Shown: positions 6,507 through 14,146 of the stretch, in pieces
How the letters are laid out: the number at the start of each line of letters is the position of its first letter
How positions within the stretch are numbered: position 1 is the first letter of the stretch
Virus record (IMG/VR): IMGVR_UViG_3300010964_000013
Span: 1-33,874 of that record
Origin: a virus
Taxonomy: Duplodnaviria > Caudoviricetes
Reading direction: 5' to 3' (one strand)
DNA length: 33,874 bases
The notes under the pieces: model-generated
What the model saw: only the letters and a program-made list of their open reading frames with translations
Told to the model about the DNA's origin: nothing
The model's database searches: none
Position numbers and translations under genes: made by a program

Positions 6507-7424
6507 ATGAACGTGGTGCAGATCATCAGCTCGCCGTCTTTCGATCAGGTTCTGGTGTCCGGCGCGTCGCTTCGGATCGATCAGGACCTGGCGGCGCGGT
6601 TGCTCGCGGAATGCCCCTACGACGGGCAGCGCGCCCTGAACGACGACCGTGCCCTGCTTCTCGCCGCGGCGATGGAGCACGGCACCTTCATGCAGAACAC
6701 GCAGATTGCGTTCGCCCGTTGCGATGGCCGCTATTTCTTGGTCAACGGCCAGCACCGGCTCAACGCCATCACGCTGGCGCAGCAGGCGCAGGCGTTCCGC
6801 ATCGAAGTGTACGACTGTCGGTCGCGGGACGAGGTCGATGCCTGTTACTGCCGGTTCGATCAGCCGGGCGGCCAGCGCTCGTTGACACAGGTCAGCCGGT
6901 CGCTCGGGCTGCACGACAGCGCGGAAGGCGGCCTTCGGCCGGCGACGGCCGCGCTTCTGCTCCGGTCCGTTCCGATGCTGATGATCGGGCGGCGGCGCAT
7001 CGCGCCGTCGCAGCGCCCGCGCGACACCCGCGATCTCGACGTGAAGCGCGATTTCGCGATGCGCTGGAAGCCGTGGGCGATCGACTATCAGTCCTGCCTC
7101 GATCAGGGCATCGGTCAGCGCACCGGACGGTACCGGGCTGGCGGCGTGTTCGCCGTCGCGCTCGTCACGCTGCGCTATCAGAATGCCAAGGCCCGCGAGT
7201 TCTGGGGGCCGTCGATCCGCAACAACGGGCTCCTGGTCGGCGATCCGCGGGGCGCGCTGCACTCGCACTTTCTCTCGGCGAAGCGGGCGACCAGCGAATA
7301 CGACCTCGCCGAGGCGGCCGTGCATGCCTGGAACGCCTGGTTCGGCGGCCGGCAGCTCACCATGTGCAAGGTGCTCGGTGCCAGCCTGGCGCCGCGCGGC
7401 ACGCCTTTCACCGGAGAGGCGTGA
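6507..7424 (+). CDS. ParB/Srx-superfamily (DGQHR-like) protein
   Basis: NQR-like GQRAL, LVNGQHRLNAI, FDQPGGQRS motifs; GGAGAG RBS before ATG 6507. Confidence 0.78.
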   Translation: MNVVQIISSPSFDQVLVSGASLRIDQDLAARLLAECPYDGQRALNDDRALLLAAAMEHGTFMQNTQIAFARCDGRYFLVNGQHRLNAITLAQQAQAFRIEVYDCRSRDEVDACYCRFDQPGGQRSLTQVSRSLGLHDSAEGGLRPATAALLLRSVPMLMIGRRRIAPSQRPRDTRDLDVKRDFAMRWKPWAIDYQSCLDQGIGQRTGRYRAGGVFAVALVTLRYQNAKAREFWGPSIRNNGLLVGDPRGALHSHFLSAKRATSEYDLAEAAVHAWNAWFGGRQLTMCKVLGASLAPRGTPFTGEA

Positions 7425-8953
7425 TGCCGGAGATCGACCTTCATCTCTGCTATCCCAGTCTGGCGGCGCGGCCGGTAGACTCGGCCTCGGTGGATGTGCT
7501 GGCGGCCAGCATCGCCGAGAACGGCCTGATGCAGCCGATCACCGTGCGGCCCGCCAAACGCTCGCGCGCCGGCCAGACCTGCGACGCCTATGAGGTGATC
7601 GCCGGGATGCATCGCGTGAAGGCGTTTCGCAAGCTCGGGCGCACGACGATTCCGGCTGTCGTGGTCGAGGTCGACGATCTGCGCGCCGAGCTGATGCTGA
7701 TCGACGAGAACCTTGCACGTAACGACCTCTCGGCCGCCGAGCGGGCGTCGTACAACACCCGCCGCAAGGCGATCTGGCAGGAGCTGCACCCGGAGACGAA
7801 GCGGCACGCAGCCGGGAACGGTCGCACCAAGGCAGAGTTGGTTGCTCAAGTTGAGCAACCAACTTCCGAACCGGCTGCTCGCTACGACGAAGTTGCGGCC
7901 TCGGCGACGGGTCAAGCCTCGTCGACTATCCGAAGGGACTGCACCCGGGGGGAAGCCCTGGGCGGGGCCGCGCTCGCCAAGGTGGCGCGGACCTCGCTCG
8001 ACAAAGGGGAAGAGCTGGACGCCTTGGCGAAGCTGCGGAAGACGGACGCGGCCCGCGCCGCGGAGCTGATCGATAGGGCTGCGGCGGGCGAGAAGGTTTC
8101 GGCCAAGATCGAGCTGAAGAAGGCCGCGCGCGCCGCCCGTGAGGCCGATCTCGGCGCACGGCAATGCGCGCTGCCGCAGCGTCGTTACGGCGTGATTCTC
8201 GCCGATCCGGAGTGGCGGTTTGCCGTGCGATCGCGCGAAACTGGGCTCGATCGGGCCGCCGACAACCATTACCCGACCAGCTCGACCGACGAGATCGCGG
8301 CGCGCGACGTGGGCGCCATCGCGGCCGACGACTGCGCTCTGTTCCTGTGGGCGACTGTGCCGATGCTTCCCGACGCGCTGCGCGTGATGGCGGCATGGGG
8401 CTTCCGCTACGTGAGTCATTTCGTCTGGGCCAAGGATCGCGTCGGCACCGGCTACTGGAACCGCAACAGGCACGAGCTGCTGCTGGTCGGCACCCGCGGC
8501 GCCCCGCCGGCACCGGCTCCGGGCACGCAGTGGGACAGCCTGATCGAAGCGCCGGTCGGTGCGCATTCGGCCAAGCCCGAACAGTTTCTGGCGCTGGTCG
8601 AGGCTTATTACCCGAGCCTCGCCAAGATCGAGCTGAACCGCCGCGGGCCGCCGCGCCCGGGGTGGGATGCGTGGGGCAACGAGGCCGAGCCGCCGGCGCA
8701 AGATGCCGACATCGACACCGGCGAGATCGCCGGCACCGAAACCGCCTACCCGGCCGGGGCGGACGACCAGTCGGCCGGATCACCCACCGTGGAGTCCTCG
8801 CATGAGGTGAGCCAGAGCGACGTGAGTCGCATGCCTCGGGAGGGGCCGGCCGTGTCGCAGCGGTCGGCCCGGCATGCGGAGCCCGAGGACGATGGGCTCG
8901 ATATTCCCGCCTTCCTGCGGCGACCGGCGCCGTCCGAAACCACGGAGACGTGA
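7424..8953 (+). CDS. ParB-N + HTH + MT-A70-family adenine methyltransferase fusion (509 aa)
   Basis: ParB: LAASIAENGLMQPITVR, IAGMHRVKA, ENLARNDL. HTH: AASATGQASSTIRRD. MT-A70: VILADPEW, NHYPT, ALFLWAT, WGFRY, FVWAK, GTGYWNRNRHELLLVGTRG, HSAKPE, KIELNRR, GWDAWGNE. TGATG overlap with the upstream gene. Confidence 0.9.
   Translation: MPEIDLHLCYPSLAARPVDSASVDVLAASIAENGLMQPITVRPAKRSRAGQTCDAYEVIAGMHRVKAFRKLGRTTIPAVVVEVDDLRAELMLIDENLARNDLSAAERASYNTRRKAIWQELHPETKRHAAGNGRTKAELVAQVEQPTSEPAARYDEVAASATGQASSTIRRDCTRGEALGGAALAKVARTSLDKGEELDALAKLRKTDAARAAELIDRAAAGEKVSAKIELKKAARAAREADLGARQCALPQRRYGVILADPEWRFAVRSRETGLDRAADNHYPTSSTDEIAARDVGAIAADDCALFLWATVPMLPDALRVMAAWGFRYVSHFVWAKDRVGTGYWNRNRHELLLVGTRGAPPAPAPGTQWDSLIEAPVGAHSAKPEQFLALVEAYYPSLAKIELNRRGPPRPGWDAWGNEAEPPAQDADIDTGEIAGTETAYPAGADDQSAGSPTVESSHEVSQSDVSRMPREGPAVSQRSARHAEPEDDGLDIPAFLRRPAPSETTET
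7836..7864. repeat. Perfect 29-bp palindrome AGTTGGTTGCTCAA-G-TTGAGCAACCAACT (candidate parS-like site)
   Basis: 14-bp arms at 7836-7849 and 7851-7864 with a 1-nt centre, inside the ParB-HTH linker. Confidence 0.85.
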
Positions 8954-8954
8954 G

Positions 8955-9974
8955 ATGGCGAGCAAGATCGAGTGGACCGGCCGCAGCGACTGGAATCCGA
9001 TCCGCGGATGCACGCGCGTCTCGGAAGGTTGCCGCAACTGCTATGCCGAGCGGATGGCCGGGAGATTCAGCGAGCCCGGCATGTGGGGCCACGGCATCGC
9101 GGAGCGCACGCCAGCCGGCGCTCGATGGACCGGCCGTGTCGCGGTGCAGTGGGATCGGCTCGACCTGCCGATGCGGTGGCGCAAGCCAGCGCTGATCTTC
9201 GCGTCCAGCACCGCCGACTGGTTCCATGCAGCACTGACGCTCGATGAGATCGCGACGCTGTACGCAATGGCAGTGTCCGCGACGGTAGAGCATGGCCACA
9301 CGATCCAGATCCTCACCAAGCGTGCGGCCAGGATGCGTGAGCTGTTGAACAGCGATGAGTTCTGGCGTGTCGTCGCCCGCCGTCGCTGCGATTGGGCATG
9401 GAGTGCGTTCCACTACGATGCGGCCTCGCCGCCGACGCGCATCTGGCTCGGCATTTCCGCCGAGGATCAGCGGTGCGCCGACGAGCGTATCCCGCATCTG
9501 CTGGCGACGCCGGCGGCCGTGCGTTTTGTGTCGTGCGAACCGTTGCTCGGGCCGATCAATTTGCGGTCTGTCGGCGGTCTCAATGCCATCGCCGATCGTG
9601 ACGATCGGCTCGACCACGCGATCGGACGGAGTCCATCAACCGACGGGGCGCCCGTGAGCGGGTCCGGTCTCGACTGGGTCATCGTCGGCGGCGAAAGCGG
9701 CCCGCAAGCGCGGCCGATGCATCCCGATTGGGCGCGCGACCTTCGTGATCAGTGTGCGGCTGCGGGTGTCCCGTTTTTCTTCAAGCAGTGGGGCGAGTGG
9801 ATGTCCTCTGTAGCAGGCACGCCGCTCTTACCAGACGGAACATCACCCGATCCGTCGCGGTGGAACGCTGCCGACGCCCCCGGCCTCGAATGGATGGTCC
9901 GTGTCGGCAAGGCGCGCGCCGGCCGGCGGCTCGACGGCCGCGAGCACAACGAGATGCCGGAGGTGATGAGGTGA
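8955..9974 (+). CDS. DUF5131 / phage Gp37-Gp68 family protein (radical-SAM-like three-Cys motif)
   Basis: SKIEWT..DWNPIRGCTRVSEGCRNCYAE, QILTKR, IWLGISAEDQ, RFVSCEPLLGP, DWVIVGGESG, VPFFFKQWG. Confidence 0.92.
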   Translation: MASKIEWTGRSDWNPIRGCTRVSEGCRNCYAERMAGRFSEPGMWGHGIAERTPAGARWTGRVAVQWDRLDLPMRWRKPALIFASSTADWFHAALTLDEIATLYAMAVSATVEHGHTIQILTKRAARMRELLNSDEFWRVVARRRCDWAWSAFHYDAASPPTRIWLGISAEDQRCADERIPHLLATPAAVRFVSCEPLLGPINLRSVGGLNAIADRDDRLDHAIGRSPSTDGAPVSGSGLDWVIVGGESGPQARPMHPDWARDLRDQCAAAGVPFFFKQWGEWMSSVAGTPLLPDGTSPDPSRWNAADAPGLEWMVRVGKARAGRRLDGREHNEMPEVMR

Positions 9975-10681
9975 TGAAAGACCCGTGGCATATCGCGCCG
10001 CTCGATGCGTTCCGCGCCATCGTCAGCATGTTCGGCCATGGCGCACAGAAGCACGACGGTCCGGGCGGCGACGACTGGCGACGCGGTCGCGCTTGGTCGG
10101 ACGACTGGTCGGCGCTGCAGCGCCACCTCGCGGCGTGGTGGCTGCGTGACGGCGTCGACGCGGCGTCCGGTCGGTCGCATCTCTGGCACGCGGGGGCGCG
10201 GCTCGCGATCCTGATCGCGGCCGAGCTGCGCGGCCTCGGCACGGACGATCGGCCCGGCGCCGCCTCGCCCATTCCCGCCGCGGCCGCGCGAACCGCGCCG
10301 GGGCTGATCTATCTGGCGACGCCCTACACGCACTATCCGCACGGCATCGAGCGTGCATTCGAGGATGCGAGCGCGCTCGCGGCCCGGCTGATCCAGCAGG
10401 GGCTGCGGGTCTATTCGCCGATCGCGCACACGCATCCGATCGCCGTGCATGGCGGCATCAGCCCGGTGGATCACGAGATCTGGCTGCCGTTCGACGAGAC
10501 CATGATGGCGGCGGCCGACACGCTGTATGTGGCGGAGATGGCGGGCTGGCACCGCTCGCGCGGCATCGCCCACGAGATTCGCGTGTTCCGGCGCGCCGAC
10601 AAGCCGGTCTACACGATTGACCCGGTCACGCTCGTGATCACGCCGTGGGTTCGTGGGACGTCGGCGGGCGATCAAGCATGA
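9974..10681 (+). CDS. Fusion of a DUF5664 (dATP/dGTP diphosphohydrolase-like) domain and a DUF1937 (nucleoside deoxyribosyltransferase-like) domain
   Basis: N-terminal KDPWHIAP..A...FGHGAQK...W..G..WS...AL.RHL..W...D..SG..HL.HA; C-terminal IYLATPYT...VYSPIAHTHP...WL..D...GW..SRGI..EI......KPV. Confidence 0.75.
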   Translation: MKDPWHIAPLDAFRAIVSMFGHGAQKHDGPGGDDWRRGRAWSDDWSALQRHLAAWWLRDGVDAASGRSHLWHAGARLAILIAAELRGLGTDDRPGAASPIPAAAARTAPGLIYLATPYTHYPHGIERAFEDASALAARLIQQGLRVYSPIAHTHPIAVHGGISPVDHEIWLPFDETMMAAADTLYVAEMAGWHRSRGIAHEIRVFRRADKPVYTIDPVTLVITPWVRGTSAGDQA

Positions 10682-10911
10682 CACGGCTTCGGCACACCTG
10701 GTCCGACCCCTACCGCACCGAGTACGCGACGGAGCGGGCGTGCTGGGCCTGCGGGCTCGTCAGAGTGACGCGACACGAGCCGGGCGTGCGGCCATGGGTG
10801 GAGTTCCGCCGCGGCGGCCGCGGTGGTGTGCGTGCCGATGACGGCTCCGGCCGCACGCCACCGTGCGAGGGCGAAGCCCCGCAGGCGGCGGGTGAGGTGG
10901 TGACGCCGTGA
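10678..10911 (+). CDS. Small Cys/His-containing hypothetical protein
   Basis: ATGA and GTGA overlaps at both ends; RHTW...CWACG...PPC possible Zn ribbon. Confidence 0.65.
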   Translation: MTRLRHTWSDPYRTEYATERACWACGLVRVTRHEPGVRPWVEFRRGGRGGVRADDGSGRTPPCEGEAPQAAGEVVTP

Positions 10912-12236
10912 GCATCGTCGCGATGAACTGGGCCATGCAGCAGCGGCCCGACGGGCCGTCGGCGCAAGTCGTGCTGCTGGTGATCGCCGACCGCGCGAAC
11001 GAGCGCGGCATTTGCCGCCACGCCGATCCGGACGACATCGCCGAAATCTCGCGGCAGTCGCGCGCCACCGTGTTCCGCCGGCTGGACGAGCTGGAGCGGG
11101 TGGGCCTGCTCACCCGGTTCCTGCGCCACGGCGAGCGGGGCGAGCGGGAGTACGAAATCCGGCTCAATCTCGATGCCAGGGTGGAATACGAGCTGGTGCA
11201 GGACCGGGAGACCGGCCGGCGCGTGATCAGGCTGCGTGATGCAGCGGGCGAGAACGAGCGCGAGATCGTGTTGCGCGGCGGCGCCGACGAGCGGTCCACC
11301 GAGGCGGACGAGGGTGCCGCACAGCCCGAGTCTCAATTTGAGACTGTGGTCGAGTCTCAAATTGAGACTGAGCGAGTCTCACCCGTGAGACTCGGTGAGT
11401 CTCACTCGTGCGACTCTCATAAGAGTCCGTCCAAGAATCCATCTCCTACCCCCAAAGCCCCCTCCCTCGCGGCGATGCCGCAGGGTGGGCGAGAGGAACC
11501 AGATCGCGAGGCTGTGCCAGACACCAGCGGCCTTGAAGAGTTTCGACGGGTCTATCCGGAGAGCAGCAATCGCCCGGCGCTGGTCGAGGCGCTGTGGAGT
11601 GGCTTGAGCGCCGCCGAGCGGGCGCAGGCGCTGCGTGGCGCGCGCGGCCTCGCCGAACAGCGCCGCCGCAACGCGAAGCGATCCGTGCTCGATCCCGCGC
11701 GGTTCTTGCGCGACCCCAGGCTGTTCGCCGAACACGCCCGGTTCGCGCCTGCCGACGAGCCGGCGCCGCAATGGGTGGCGCTCGACTCGGCGCAGTGGCG
11801 GGGCCGCGCCGTGCTCGCGGAGATCCGTCGTGGCGCAATGCCGCGCGCCGGCCGGCGGCCGGACGGCGAGGGCGAGGGCGCCTTCATGCGGCCACTCCCG
11901 GACGATCGCGTGCTCGCGCTCGCCCGCTTCGCCGACGAGCTCGTCTCGTCGTGGCCGATCGTCGATGAGCGCTCGGCGCGGTTCCATCGCTGGTCCGAGT
12001 GGCTGGCGCCGCTCGGCGTGCGGCTGGTGCCGCAGCGTGAGCGGGTGCCCGGCGAGACCGTGGTGCTCAACACGCCGCGCGGTCCGATCGAGGGGCCGAA
12101 GTGGATCGTCGGGGCGCGCGTGCCGAGCGAGTGGCCGCCGGCCCGCTCGCCGCCGACCGGCCCGCTCGATGCGGTGGACGACGGCGGCGAGGCCGTGGCG
12201 GCGAAGGCGGAGGCGAGCGATGTTGGCGGCGAGTGA
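10908..12236 (+). CDS. Phage replication initiator with an N-terminal winged HTH (lambda O analogue)
   Basis: MSIVAMNWA...AQVVLLVIADRAN..G.C...IAEIS.QSRATVFRRLDELERVGLL; contains an iteron array; C-terminal F...YP domain. Confidence 0.82.
   Translation: MSIVAMNWAMQQRPDGPSAQVVLLVIADRANERGICRHADPDDIAEISRQSRATVFRRLDELERVGLLTRFLRHGERGEREYEIRLNLDARVEYELVQDRETGRRVIRLRDAAGENEREIVLRGGADERSTEADEGAAQPESQFETVVESQIETERVSPVRLGESHSCDSHKSPSKNPSPTPKAPSLAAMPQGGREEPDREAVPDTSGLEEFRRVYPESSNRPALVEALWSGLSAAERAQALRGARGLAEQRRRNAKRSVLDPARFLRDPRLFAEHARFAPADEPAPQWVALDSAQWRGRAVLAEIRRGAMPRAGRRPDGEGEGAFMRPLPDDRVLALARFADELVSSWPIVDERSARFHRWSEWLAPLGVRLVPQRERVPGETVVLNTPRGPIEGPKWIVGARVPSEWPPARSPPTGPLDAVDDGGEAVAAKAEASDVGGE
11329..11415. 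repeat. Four palindromic iterons AGTCTCA-N3/4-TG(A/C)GACT: probable phage replication origin
   Basis: Starts at 11329, 11353, 11375 and 11398 (22-24 bp period), inside the initiator gene as in lambda ori/O. Confidence 0.85.
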
Positions 12237-12891
12237 CGGATGGCGGATCGGCGAGCGGGTGGAGCCCGTGGTGCGGCCGTGGGATGCCGTGATGGCCGCG
12301 GCGCTCCGGCGCATCGGCAGCGGGCTCGGCCGGCAGTGGTATTTCGTGCGCTCCGTCGGCCGCAGCGATCGGCAGGTGCGTGAGTGGCTGGAACTCCGGG
12401 GCATCGAGCACTACTATCCGTCGATACGCGAGCTGCGCCCGCTGCCGCGGAAGAAGCTGAGCCAGGCACAGCGGCGCTCGGGTATCGAGATTCTGCGGCC
12501 ACAGATCGCGCCGCTGTGGCCGCGGTACTTCCTCGTGCATGTCGAGCTGAGCGACGGTTGGCACGACATCTTCCGTCTCGGCGGGCTCACCGGCATGCTG
12601 TGTCGTGACAACCTGCCGGTCATGATCAGCGATGCGGAGATCGCCCGCCTCAAGGGATGTGAGGTCGACGGCGCCGTGCCTGGTCACATGCCGGCGCGCA
12701 TGGTCTTCTCTCCCGGAGAGACCGTGCGTGTGACGTCCGGTAGCTTGACCGGGCATGACGTGACGGTGGAAAGGGGGCTCGACTTGCCGATTGAGCAGAT
12801 TGACGGTGACGAGAGAATCACTGTTGCTGTTGCCCTGCTTGGCAGGACTATCCCGATCGACCTGCCGATCGCACAGGTCGCCAAGCTCTGA
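12220..12891 (+). CDS. NusG/RfaH-family late antiterminator
   Basis: NGN domain (WYFVRS...LELRGIEHYYP...PLWPRYFLV) and KOW (FSPGETVRVTSGSLTG...VALLGRTIPI); GGAGG RBS; sits at the lambda Q position. Confidence 0.85.
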   Translation: MLAASDGWRIGERVEPVVRPWDAVMAAALRRIGSGLGRQWYFVRSVGRSDRQVREWLELRGIEHYYPSIRELRPLPRKKLSQAQRRSGIEILRPQIAPLWPRYFLVHVELSDGWHDIFRLGGLTGMLCRDNLPVMISDAEIARLKGCEVDGAVPGHMPARMVFSPGETVRVTSGSLTGHDVTVERGLDLPIEQIDGDERITVAVALLGRTIPIDLPIAQVAKL

Positions 12892-12988
12892 TCGGCCAGC
12901 CACCCCAACAGCCACCCGGTAGCCACCCGGAGTGCTGAGCCTGCGTGAATAGACGAGACTCACAAGCCGCTGATGGCAAAGTGAAGTA

Positions 12989-13023
12989 GACAGCCCCGAC
13001 GCAGCGATGCGGCCGGGGCTGTC
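12989..13023 (+). terminator. Long GC hairpin before the late operon (tR'-like)
   Basis: GACAGCCCCG...CGGGGCTGTC 10-bp outer stem with an inner GCA-GCGA-TGC; U-tract weak. Confidence 0.5.
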
Positions 13024-13039
13024 GCGTCTATAGGGCAGG

Positions 13040-13450
13040 ATGCCCAGCAAGCCGCCACTCTATCGCCCACGCTCGGCGCGATCGCCGTCAGACCAGCGCA
13101 AGATCCATGACGCCCGCCGCGGCAGCGCGCGCGAGCGTGGATACTCAGCGAGGTGGGATGCAGCGAGCGGAGCGTACAGGCGAGCGCACCCGCTCTGCCT
13201 CGGCTGCAGCGCGGTGGGTCGGGTCGAGCCGGCGACCGTGACTGATCACGTCGTCCCGCACGGTGGTGATCAGTCGCTCATGTGGGATCGAGACAACTGG
13301 CAGCCGGCTTGCCGGTGGCACCACGACGTCGTCAAGCAACAGCTCGAGGTGAGGTGGCGCGCCGGCTCGCTGCCGGCATCGGCCCTCCGGCTCGACAGCC
13401 GCGAGGCGGCCGCGCTGACGCGAGACCTGGACCCGACCCTCGGGGGGTAG
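13040..13450 (+). CDS. HNH endonuclease (terminase-associated, HK97 gp74-like)
   Basis: RGYSARW, HPLCLGC, ATVTDHVVPHGGD, WDRDNWQPACRWHH; directly before terS. Confidence 0.9.
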   Translation: MPSKPPLYRPRSARSPSDQRKIHDARRGSARERGYSARWDAASGAYRRAHPLCLGCSAVGRVEPATVTDHVVPHGGDQSLMWDRDNWQPACRWHHDVVKQQLEVRWRAGSLPASALRLDSREAAALTRDLDPTLGG

Positions 13451-13545
13451 GGGGGGTCGAAAGTCCACGCGCCTCGGTCCCGGACCGGCTGGGTAACTCC
13501 GCGCGGAAATGCTGAGAAATCGGGAATCTTTTTTTTGGACAGGCA
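13451..13545. other. Probable cos packaging region
   Basis: Non-coding gap between HNH and terS with a G-run at the start and a T-run at the end; the position matches HK97-like cos phages. The exact cosN was not identified. Confidence 0.45.
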
Positions 13546-13551
13546 CATCGG

Positions 13552-14142
13552 ATGCGTGGTCGACGACCAGAGCCGGCGGGCGTGAAGCAGCAGAAGCAGG
13601 CGGTGCGCAGCGCGCGCAAGCCGCGTGCACCATCGTCGACGGCTGCGATCGTCGCGCCGACGGGAATGCCGGCTGCACCGGCATGGCTCAAGGAGGACGG
13701 GCGGAAGATCTGGGCGCGGCTCGCGCCGGCGCTCTACGCCGCGAAGCTGCTCACAGCCGCCGACGCGATGACGTTCGCGCGGTACTGCGCCAACTTCGCG
13801 AAGTGGCTCAAGATGCAGCGCATGCTCGCCAAGGACGGCGAGGTCTATTGGACGGAGTCGCAGCATGGGAAGCTGCGGCGCGCGCATCCGGCATTCGGCA
13901 TCGCCGATCGCGTGGAGCGGCAGCTTCTCGCCGCCGAGGATCGGTTCGGCCTGAACCCCGCCGAGCGGCAGCGCATCTTCGCGGCGCGCGCGCAGACGGG
14001 CGTCAGCGGCGATCTGTTCGATGCGATGGCCAAGCTAGGCACTCCGTCGGGCGAGCGGCGGCCCGACGATCCGGCCGCGTCTCCCACGCCTCCGGCGCAG
14101 CCGGCCGCTCCGATCGGCTTTTTGCGCCGCGACCTGAACTGA
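13552..14142 (+). CDS. terS: Terminase small subunit (P27 family)
   Basis: MRGRRPEP, PAWL...G..IW..LAP.L, YC, HPA, FGLNPAERQRI. Confidence 0.9.
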   Translation: MRGRRPEPAGVKQQKQAVRSARKPRAPSSTAAIVAPTGMPAAPAWLKEDGRKIWARLAPALYAAKLLTAADAMTFARYCANFAKWLKMQRMLAKDGEVYWTESQHGKLRRAHPAFGIADRVERQLLAAEDRFGLNPAERQRIFAARAQTGVSGDLFDAMAKLGTPSGERRPDDPAASPTPPAQPAAPIGFLRRDLN

Positions 14143-14146
14143 TCAC

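Noticed and set aside
6611-7423. 780-aa version of the methyltransferase starting at 6611, and other upstream-extended starts in the track (cI 2594, portal 15388, capsid 17614, NusG 11635)
   Set aside because: The extensions overlap real upstream genes or promoters; RBS or stop-start overlaps support the shorter starts used here.
5543-7424. ParA-ParB plasmid-prophage partition pair
   Set aside because: The ATPase is a classical AAA+ (DEFD, AATN, SRH) and lacks the deviant Walker A (KGGxGKT) of ParA.
9974-10681. Complete 2-aminoadenine (Z-genome) pathway
   Set aside because: No PurZ, HD-family dATPase or dedicated polymerase in the window; a DUF5664-like domain alone is insufficient.
11329-11415. 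Possible mini-CRISPR array (palindromic repeats)
   Set aside because: Units are separated by only 5-7 nt, lie in frame within a gene, and there are no cas genes; iterons fit better.
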